Of a DNA stretch of 46,101 bases, positions 26,151-33,264 are shown piece after piece. Source of the DNA: Candidatus Nanoarchaeia archaeon (GTDB lineage: Bacteria > Patescibacteriota > Microgenomatia > Woykebacterales > RBG-16-39-9b). The stretch spans positions 1-46,101 of the forward strand of contig DATBWR010000011.1 of assembly GCA_036514715.1 (NCBI GenBank), given 5' to 3'. Position numbers and translations under genes: made by a program. Position 1 is the stretch's first letter, and the number at the start of each line of letters is the position of its first letter. The notes under the pieces were generated by a model, which made no database searches, was not told the DNA's origin, and saw nothing but the letters and a program-made list of their open reading frames with translations.

Positions 26151-29024
26151 TTAGGATTTCAAGAGTTTTCTTGAAAGCGTTTGATAAAGGTACTGTCCGG
26201 TTGAACTTTTCCTCGAAGAAGCGACCTGATTAATGGTTCCGCTGGCAATCAAATACCCACCTTGATTTCCCCCACCCGGACCCAAGTCAATAACCCAGTC
26301 AGCTGTCTTAACAATGTCTAGGTTATGCTCGATAATTAAAACCGTATTTCCTAGCTCTACCAAACGGTGGAGAACGGAGAGAAGGTTGTCAATATCAGCA
26401 AAGTGTAAACCAGTGGTGGGCTCATCAAGAATGTAAAGAGTTTTGCCAGAAGAGCGTTTGGCAAGCTCAGTTGACAATTTTATTCTTTGGGCTTCCCCAC
26501 CAGAAAGGGTCGTCGCGGCCTGCCCAAGCTTCATGTAACCCAAGCCAACTTGGTTTAGGGTGTCTATTTTAGCGGCAATTGTGGGGATTTTGTCAAAAAA
26601 ACTGCTTGCCTCTTCAACCGTCATCTCCAAAATTTCGGCGATATTCTTGCCTTTATAGTTAATTTCCAGAGCTTCTCGGTTGTAGCGCTTACCGTTGCAG
26701 GTCTCACAAGTAACATAAACGTCTGGTAAAAACTGCATTTCAATTTTTATCACTCCGTCGCCCTGACAAGTTTCACATCTACCGCCCTTAACGTTAAAGG
26801 AAAACCTACCGGCACTGTAACCCCTAAGCTTGGCTTCTGGAGTGAGAGCAAAAATTTCCCGGATATGCGTAAAAGCACCAGTATAGGTGGCTGGATTACT
26901 ACGGGGAGTACGACCGATTGGGGATTGATCAATATCAATAATTTTATCTAGATTTTCAACTCCTAAAATTGCCTCGTGTTCACCCGGCTTTTCTTTGGAA
27001 GAATAAAACTTCTGAAACAGGGCTTTTTTCAAAATATCCTCCACCAGGGTTGATTTTCCACTACCGGAAACACCAGTAACACAGACAAATTTTCCTAAAG
27101 GTATTTCAACATCAATATTCTTTAAATTGTGCTCTCTGGCGCCTTTAATAATTAGTTTCTGGCGGTTTTCCTGACGAGAAAATTTTTTCCCAATATCAAA
27201 AGCCACTTGTCTTTTTCCTGCCAAGTATTGTCCGGTTAAAGAGTTTGGGTCTCTGATAATTTGGCTTGGAGTACCACTTGCAATTACCCTTCCACCGTGT
27301 TCTCCTGCCCCTGGACCAATATCTACTAAATAGTCAGCTGCGAGCATCACCTCACGATCATGCTCAACCACTAAAACCGTGTTGCCTAAATCTCGCAAAG
27401 AAAGTAAGGTTTTGATTAACTTGTCGTTGTCTTTAGGATGCAAGCCAATCGTCGGTTCATCCAAAACGTAAAGAACTCCGGATAAACCGGAACCGATTTG
27501 AGAAGCCAGTCTTATCCTCTGGGCTTCCCCACCCGCCAAGCTAGAAGATTTACGGTTAAGTGTCAGGTAATTGAGACCAACGTCAACCAAAAAGCGCAAG
27601 CGAGAGTTGATTTCTTTCAAAACTTGCTTGGAAATGAGCTCTTCTTTACTGGTGAGTCTTAGGTTCTCAAACCACTCTAGTGCGTCTTCAACGGCAAGAC
27701 CTGCAATATCGACAATCGACTTACCGTTGATGGTAATGAACAAGGCTTCCCCCTTAATACGGGCTCCCCGACAGACCTCACAAGTTTCTTCTCGCATATA
27801 TTTCTCAATTTCACGTTTTACCCAGTCACTTTCACTTTCTCTATAACGGCGTAAAAGTTCAGGTACCAACCCTTCGAAAGTGGTGTCAAAAGAAATTGTT
27901 CGTCCAAAACGGTTACGGCCAGTGACCCGGAAAATCTCTTGATCACTTCCGTAAAGAATAATCGAGAGTACCTCTCTGGGTAGCTCAAAAATAGGATCGG
28001 AGAGTGAAAAACCTAGATGTTCTGCCAGTCCCTCCAAGCGCCGAGCTGACCAAGTGTCGTGAGAAAGCATTCTGCTCCAAGGGTGGACCGCTCCTTCGCT
28101 AATGGAGAGGTGTTTATTGGGGATAACTAAATCAGGATCCACCGTCATCTTCGTGCCTAAACCACTGCAAGCGCTACAGGCTCCTTGGGGAGAATTGAAG
28201 GAAAAAGTTCTTGGCTCAATTTCTGGTAAGGAGAGACCATGCTCCGGGCAGGCAAAGTTTTCGGAAAAAAGTCTGTCCTCTAAACCTTCTTGGGAGACGA
28301 TCAAAAGCCCTTCACCTACTCTCAAAGCAGTTTCTACTGATTCAGTTAAACGCTGTCTTTCCACCCCTGAAACTAAACGATCAATAACTACTTCAATATT
28401 ATGAATCTTGTAACGGTCGAGCTTGGGTGTTTCGCTAATTTCGTAAACGTTCCCATCCACACGTACTCTCACGAAACCTTGTTTTTGAAGATCACGAAAG
28501 ATATCTTCGTAAATACCCTTACGGGCGCGGACTACTGGCGCCAAAACCAAGACAACGTTTTCCTTATTACTTTTAACTTCTAACTTCTTACTTAGGCTTT
28601 CGATTTGGTCAACAATTTCCTGAGATGTTTGGGCTTTAATTTCCCGTCCGTCAACCGGACAGTGCGGTACACCAATTCTAGCCCAAAGTAGCCTCATATA
28701 ATCATAGATTTCCGTGATCGTTCCGACAGTAGAACGGGGGTTGCGGGAAGCGGTTTTTTGGTCAATGGAGATGGCTGGCGACAAACCCTCAATTTGGTCA
28801 ACGTCCGGCTTTTCCATTAAGCCTAAGAATTGGCGAGCGTAAGCTGATAAACTCTCAACGTAACGGCGCTGGCCTTCAGCGTAAATAGTGTCAAAAGCCA
28901 GGGAGCTTTTGCCGCTACCGGAAATTCCGGTTAAAACCACCAGAGAATTTTTAGGGATTTCCAAATCAACGTTTTTGAGATTATGCTCGCGAGCGCCTCG
29001 TATGACAATTTTATCTACAACCAT
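26151..29024 (-). CDS. uvrA: Excinuclease ABC subunit A
   Basis: GAREHNLKN x2, GSGKSS/T x2, Zn fingers, LSGGEAQRIKL. Confidence 0.98.
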   Translation of the reverse strand: MVVDKIVIRGAREHNLKNVDLEIPKNSLVVLTGISGSGKSSLAFDTIYAEGQRRYVESLSAYARQFLGLMEKPDVDQIEGLSPAISIDQKTASRNPRSTVGTITEIYDYMRLLWARIGVPHCPVDGREIKAQTSQEIVDQIESLSKKLEVKSNKENVVLVLAPVVRARKGIYEDIFRDLQKQGFVRVRVDGNVYEISETPKLDRYKIHNIEVVIDRLVSGVERQRLTESVETALRVGEGLLIVSQEGLEDRLFSENFACPEHGLSLPEIEPRTFSFNSPQGACSACSGLGTKMTVDPDLVIPNKHLSISEGAVHPWSRMLSHDTWSARRLEGLAEHLGFSLSDPIFELPREVLSIILYGSDQEIFRVTGRNRFGRTISFDTTFEGLVPELLRRYRESESDWVKREIEKYMREETCEVCRGARIKGEALFITINGKSIVDIAGLAVEDALEWFENLRLTSKEELISKQVLKEINSRLRFLVDVGLNYLTLNRKSSSLAGGEAQRIRLASQIGSGLSGVLYVLDEPTIGLHPKDNDKLIKTLLSLRDLGNTVLVVEHDREVMLAADYLVDIGPGAGEHGGRVIASGTPSQIIRDPNSLTGQYLAGKRQVAFDIGKKFSRQENRQKLIIKGAREHNLKNIDVEIPLGKFVCVTGVSGSGKSTLVEDILKKALFQKFYSSKEKPGEHEAILGVENLDKIIDIDQSPIGRTPRSNPATYTGAFTHIREIFALTPEAKLRGYSAGRFSFNVKGGRCETCQGDGVIKIEMQFLPDVYVTCETCNGKRYNREALEINYKGKNIAEILEMTVEEASSFFDKIPTIAAKIDTLNQVGLGYMKLGQAATTLSGGEAQRIKLSTELAKRSSGKTLYILDEPTTGLHFADIDNLLSVLHRLVELGNTVLIIEHNLDIVKTADWVIDLGPGGGNQGGYLIASGTINQVASSRKSSTGQYLYQTLSRKLLKS

Positions 29025-29058
29025 CGGCTTTGTCCTTTGGGCAAGTTAGATCCGTAAA

Positions 29059-29087
29059 ATTTTACCCCTTTTGGCAAGTTTGTGCAA
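29059..29087 (-). promoter_or_regulatory. sigma70 promoter of uvrA
   Basis: TTGCAC-17-TAAAAT on the minus strand. Confidence 0.7.
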
Positions 29088-29111
29088 GACTAGGGAGCTG
29101 TTAACACGGAA

Positions 29112-29140
29112 TTGACTTACAGTCGAAAAAGTTATAAGAT
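29112..29140 (+). promoter_or_regulatory. sigma70 promoter driving the non-coding element
   Basis: TTGACT-17-TAAGAT with no + strand ORF downstream. Confidence 0.7.
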
Positions 29141-29146
29141 CTGCCT

Positions 29147-29806
29147 GTTGATTGGAGTAGAGTGGATGTGTTTTCAAGACTGGTAGGGTTTGAGGGTTTC
29201 CTCCATGGGTAAGTTGAAAAAACTTGGCTATGGTTAATACCCTCACTAACTTTGGTTACGTTCCTAGGAGGCGGGGCCTAGGGGCTAACATCTAGAGCGG
29301 CTCGCACCCTCGTGGTCGCTTGGGTCGCTCTACGATAAACTAACAGACGTGTGGCCTTTCGCAGTCAAGGCCCGTCTGTTTTTCGAGGGAGAGGTTGACC
29401 GACCGACGGATCCTAGACTCTGATGTCTAGTCCAGTTCTCGTAAACCCCGAGCGAGACTGGGGCCTCTCCCTAAACAAGGTGAAAACGGACTGGCTGGGC
29501 ATTAGTCAGGACGTTTAGATCCGGCAAGGGCCGTTGTCTTGCTCTCGAGTAAGTAAACCTTAAAGGGTTCGAAGGTCTCGACCGGAGATAACTTATAGGT
29601 GGTCTGAAAGATCCGAAAGGATAAAAGGGCATTTGGCAGGTGGTTCACCCATCTTAAAACCTTGCCGTAAAAACAATTAATTCTGACTGTGTTAATGGTG
29701 CTAGCAGTCAGAATGGACCGCAGTTCCTCCTTTCGCAGGGTCCAACGTCGCCCCGAGGACCCTAATAGCTCTCTTGTTTGCACCGGCAAGAGAGCTCTTT
29801 CTTTTT
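29147..29806 (+). ncRNA. Candidate large (~660 nt) multi-helix non-coding RNA, family unidentified
   Basis: Promoter, more than 10 helices with G-U pairs on the + strand, a GAAA tetraloop, 5' end pairing with 29674-29681, and an intrinsic terminator. Confidence 0.7.
29767..29806 (+). terminator. Intrinsic terminator of the ncRNA candidate
   Basis: AGCTCTCTTGTT-loop-GGCAAGAGAGCT then CTTTCTTTTT; wobble pairs and T-run orient it +, opposite to both flanking genes. Confidence 0.8.
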
Positions 29807-29814
29807 CTCAAGAA

Positions 29815-29838
29815 ATATATGAATGATTATTCATATAT
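29815..29838 (-). terminator. AT-rich hairpin after uvrB
   Basis: ATATATGAAT-gatt-ATTCATATAT, 9 nt past the uvrB stop. Confidence 0.45.
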
Positions 29839-29847
29839 CTTTGTGGC

Positions 29848-31851
29848 TTACTTTTTGGTAACTGTTTTGGGAATTTTTACTTCGCTGCCTTTCAGCTCCA
29901 AAATCTGATCGCGAATTAAGGCCGCTCGTTCAAAATCCAAAGTATCCGCAGCCAACTTCATTTCCCTTTCCAAATCGCCGATTAAACGACGTAGTTCTGT
30001 TTTAGGAACGCGGGTTAGATCCAGCTCCTGGCTAGTCGTAGCTTGGGGCTGAATTTCAGAGAGTCTTTCCGAAATATCGTGAATGGTTTTGTTAATTGAT
30101 TGGGCGGTGATGCCGTGCTTGTTGTTATATTCAACCTGAATTTGCCGGCGGCGGTTAGTTTCGTCAATGGCTGCTTTCATTGACCCTGTAATATTGTCGG
30201 CGTACATGATCACCTTGCTACCAACTCGACGGGCAGCTCTACCGATAGTTTGGACAAGCGCGGTTTTACTGCGCAAAAACCCCTCTTTGTCCGCATCCAA
30301 AATGGCCACTAACGCTACTTCCGGCAAATCAAGTCCTTCACGCAAAAGGTTTACCCCAACTAAAACATCGTAAACCCCCCTGCGCAAATCCGCCAAAACT
30401 TCCACCCTCTCTAAAGTATCAACTTCGTGGTGAATATACATTACTTTGACTTGCCTCTCACGCAAGAACTCGGTCAAATCTTCAGCCATCCTTTTAGTCA
30501 AAGTAGTCACCAATACTCGCTCGCCTTTTTCAACCCGACTGTTAATTTCCTTAATAAGATCTGGGATTTGCCCCTCAGTTTCCCGAACTTCAACTTCTGG
30601 GTCTACAATCCCAGTGGGTCGAATAATTTGCTCCACAACAGAATCCGAGATTGAGAGCTCGTAATCAGATGGTGTCGCGCTGGTATAAATTACTTGGCGC
30701 TCTTTGCGGGCAAATTCATCAAAAGTTAAAGGTCGGTTATCGGCTGCCGAAGGCAAGCGAAAGCCGTTATCAATAAGAACAGTCTTTCGAGCGCGTTCTC
30801 CATGCCACATACCCCGCAGTTGGGGCAGGGTCATGTGGCTTTCATCAATAACCAGCAAGAAATCCTTGGGAAAATAATCTAGCAAGGTGTAAGGCGGTTC
30901 ACCGCTCTTGCGGCCATCAAAATAACGGCTGTAGTTTTCAATACCGTTGCAATAACCTAAGTTTTCAATCATCTCAAGATCATAGTTAGTTCTACTCTCC
31001 AATCTTTGAGCTTCCACCAATTTGTTTTGCTCTTTTAAGTTTTTTAGACGCTCTTTTAGATCTTTACGAATTTCTGCTAAAGGACTAGTAAGGTTTTTCT
31101 CAGGCATGACGTAATGCCGGGCTGGATAAATGTCGATTTCGGAAAGTTGCCCTTCTTTTACAAACGAACGCGGGTTCAGTTGCTCGATTTTCTCAATTTG
31201 GTCACCAAGCAAACTAATCCGCAGAGCAAAATTTTCATAGGCTGGGTAAATTTCAAAAATATCACCTTTAACCCGGAAGGTGGAGCGCTTTAACTCAAAA
31301 TCATTTCGTTCGTATTGGATCTCATTTAACGACCTAAAAAGATCATGCAAACGGACGTGTTCTCCCACTTTTAATTCAACTAAACTTCTCTGAAAAGCTA
31401 GGGGTGATCCTAAGTTATAAATACAGGAAACGCTGGCGACAATCAGCACGTCGGCTCGTGTGAGGAGAGCTTTGGTGGCTGCTAGACGCAGGCGGTCAAT
31501 TTCTTCGTTGATAGCTGCATCTTTTTCAATGTAAAGATCAATTTGGGGGACGTAGGCTTCCGGCTGGTAATAGTCGTAGTAGGAAACAAAATACTCGACT
31601 GCGTTTTTGGGGAAAAACTCTCGGTATTCGCTGGCTAGTTGGGCTGCTAGGGTTTTGTTGTGGGCAATTACCAGAGTTGGTTTATTAATTTGTGAAACAA
31701 CATTAGCCACGGTGAAAGTTTTGCCAGTACCGGTCGCGCCCAGCAATGTTTGGTGTTTATCACCTTTTTTTAAACCTTGTACCAACTTCTCAATCGCCTG
31801 TGGTTGATCTCCGGTTGGTTGGAAAGGGAAAGCTAGTTCAAACTTGTCCAT
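29848..31851 (-). CDS. uvrB: Excinuclease ABC subunit B
   Basis: PTGDQPQAI, GATGTGKT, YYDYYQPEAY, DESH, NLLREGLD, C-terminal UVR. Start MDKFEL at 31851. Confidence 0.98.
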   Translation of the reverse strand: MDKFELAFPFQPTGDQPQAIEKLVQGLKKGDKHQTLLGATGTGKTFTVANVVSQINKPTLVIAHNKTLAAQLASEYREFFPKNAVEYFVSYYDYYQPEAYVPQIDLYIEKDAAINEEIDRLRLAATKALLTRADVLIVASVSCIYNLGSPLAFQRSLVELKVGEHVRLHDLFRSLNEIQYERNDFELKRSTFRVKGDIFEIYPAYENFALRISLLGDQIEKIEQLNPRSFVKEGQLSEIDIYPARHYVMPEKNLTSPLAEIRKDLKERLKNLKEQNKLVEAQRLESRTNYDLEMIENLGYCNGIENYSRYFDGRKSGEPPYTLLDYFPKDFLLVIDESHMTLPQLRGMWHGERARKTVLIDNGFRLPSAADNRPLTFDEFARKERQVIYTSATPSDYELSISDSVVEQIIRPTGIVDPEVEVRETEGQIPDLIKEINSRVEKGERVLVTTLTKRMAEDLTEFLRERQVKVMYIHHEVDTLERVEVLADLRRGVYDVLVGVNLLREGLDLPEVALVAILDADKEGFLRSKTALVQTIGRAARRVGSKVIMYADNITGSMKAAIDETNRRRQIQVEYNNKHGITAQSINKTIHDISERLSEIQPQATTSQELDLTRVPKTELRRLIGDLEREMKLAADTLDFERAALIRDQILELKGSEVKIPKTVTKK

Positions 31852-31861
31852 CGAAAAGTGT

Positions 31862-31890
31862 ATTTTAACCCAAGCGCTACCCTCTGTCAT
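31862..31890 (-). promoter_or_regulatory. sigma70 promoter of uvrB
   Basis: ATGACA-17-TAAAAT, 10 nt before ATG. Confidence 0.7.
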
Positions 31891-31892
31891 CT

Positions 31893-32164
31893 GCTGACTA
31901 GTGGATTGTTAGTCTGAGACAATTTCTACGATCGTAGATTCTGTCTCACTGGTTAGCTCTGCAAAGTTTTGGAGAAAGAAATCCGCAGCCAGAGCAGTGT
32001 AACTGGATGTTACAAAGTTCTAACTGCGGATGCGTCGGAAAGATGGCAGGAGAGGATGTGAGTTCCCCAACACATCAATTCACAACTTACGCTGTGTTTC
32101 TCTCCTGCCCTTGCTCACTCAAGTGGTAGGACCCGCATCAAACCACTTGAGGTATTGCTTTTTT
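31893..32164 (+). ncRNA. Candidate structured RNA (four consecutive stem domains)
   Basis: GCTGACTAGTG/CACTGGTTAGC, TGAGACA/TGTCTCA, ATCCGCAG/CTGCGGAT, GGCAGGAGAG/CTCTCCTGCC, CTCAAGTGGT/ACCACTTGAG then T6. G-U pairs favour +; no clear promoter. Confidence 0.5.
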
Positions 32165-32176
32165 AGGGGAGGATTT

Positions 32177-32443
32177 AACAGTTGCCCACTCGTAGCCAAA
32201 CAACCGTGATCCGGGCCGCCTGTGCGTCCCGAACCACACTCCGCCAGTCTCTCGCAAGCAGGGAGCGCGCAGGCCTGCTTACGGTTTACCCACTCTCTCT
32301 TAATAGGGACATCTCGACGGTGGCAAGTCGTATGGACGCATTAACTTGCCCGACTCGTACCCGGGTGTCAACGAGGAGTAGCCAGAGATACGGTCACGAC
32401 AACCGCAACGTCCGCTCTGCAAGGGGCTTCACCCAACTACCCA
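32177..32443 (-). ncRNA. Candidate ~270-nt structured RNA divergent from lexA
   Basis: Promoter TTTACA-16-TATAAT (32449-32476, minus); terminal helix GGTAGTTG/CAACTGTT; internal helices TGCGGT/ACCGTA, GGCAAGTT/GACTTGCC, AACCGT/ACGGTT. Confidence 0.6.
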
Positions 32444-32507
32444 TCATTATTATAATTAAAAAGAACATTTTGTAAAGTCTGATCATTTCTGAGTCTATAA
32501 GATCCAG

Positions 32508-32537
32508 TTGACAGAGTCTCCGAAAAAAGGCAATAAT
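32508..32537 (+). promoter_or_regulatory. sigma70 promoter of lexA
   Basis: TTGACA-18-AATAAT. Confidence 0.55.
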
Positions 32538-32568
32538 TTAACCAGAAATTCACCAAAAGGAAAACTTT

Positions 32569-33189
32569 ATGCCACCAGTAGTTTACCGCCGCCAACGCGA
32601 CTTGTTAGAATTTATTTCTCAGTACATGCAGAAAAAAGGCTACGCTCCAACCCTAGCAGAAATTTGCGATGGCATTGGTTTGCGTTCTCCGGCCACTGTT
32701 CATGAGCATATCGAAAATTTAATCGAAAAAGGGATTTTAAAAAAAACCGAAGGAGCTCGCCGGGGCCTAGAAATTGTTGATCAAAAGGCTATGGGTTGGG
32801 TTCCGACTGGTGTTGAAGTACCAATTTTTGGCAAAATTGCCGCCGGCCACCCTCTTGAGGCAATTAACGACCCTACCCAAACTCTCACTATTCCGGAAGA
32901 TATGGTTGGTAACAAGCGGACCTATGTTTTACAAGTCAAGGGCGATTCAATGATTGAAGCAGCTATTTTGGATGGGGACTTTGTCTTAGTTGAGGCTACA
33001 GAAACTGCCAATAACGGCGAAATTATTGTGGCTCTTATCAACGATAATTTTGCTACGCTCAAACGTTATTTCAAAGAAACAGACCACATCCGCCTGGAAC
33101 CAGCCAACTCTTCCATGAACCCAATTATTGTGCGCGGCAATATCCAAATCCAAGGCCGCGTGACTGGGGTTATCCGTAAGTATAATTAG
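32569..33189 (+). CDS. lexA: SOS repressor LexA
   Basis: GYAPT..EI...SPATVHEH HTH; IAAG cleavage site; GDSM (Ser); TLKR (Lys). Confidence 0.96.
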   Translation: MPPVVYRRQRDLLEFISQYMQKKGYAPTLAEICDGIGLRSPATVHEHIENLIEKGILKKTEGARRGLEIVDQKAMGWVPTGVEVPIFGKIAAGHPLEAINDPTQTLTIPEDMVGNKRTYVLQVKGDSMIEAAILDGDFVLVEATETANNGEIIVALINDNFATLKRYFKETDHIRLEPANSSMNPIIVRGNIQIQGRVTGVIRKYN

Positions 33190-33264
33190 GTCAACCTCAC
33201 TAGCAAACTATTTCTTACGCACTTCAGCTTGCCATAGCTTCCAATTTAGCTTATAATATTAGTA

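Noticed and set aside
29046-29789. Minus-strand ORFs 29046-29246 (66 aa) and 29502-29789 (95 aa)
   Set aside because: Non-ATG starts, no recognisable motifs; one spans the uvrA promoter; promoter, terminator and wobble pairs all point to a + strand RNA.
29147-29806. RNA-1 as RNase P, tmRNA, or group I/II intron
   Set aside because: No GAGGAAAGUCC/ACAGAA..GGCUUA, no tRNA-like ends or tag ORF, no ordered P/Q/R/S elements or domain V, and no interrupted host gene. Short OLE-like words (AGAGTGG, GGCGGGGC, AAAGGGCA) are not convincingly collinear; needs cmscan.
31975-32035. AATCCGCAGCC resembling the group I intron Q element
   Set aside because: Its partner lies downstream as a simple hairpin (reverse of the P4 order), and R/S elements are missing.
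32225-32275. GACTGGCGG..GTGG resembling a ZTP (pfl) riboswitch
   Set aside because: The CCAC partner and the 3' CGCCUGGGC hairpin are absent on that strand, and no purine/folate gene follows.
32182-32475. 97-aa + strand ORF
   Set aside because: TTG start, R/S/T-rich composition with no recognisable motif; overlaps the structured minus-strand element and its promoter.
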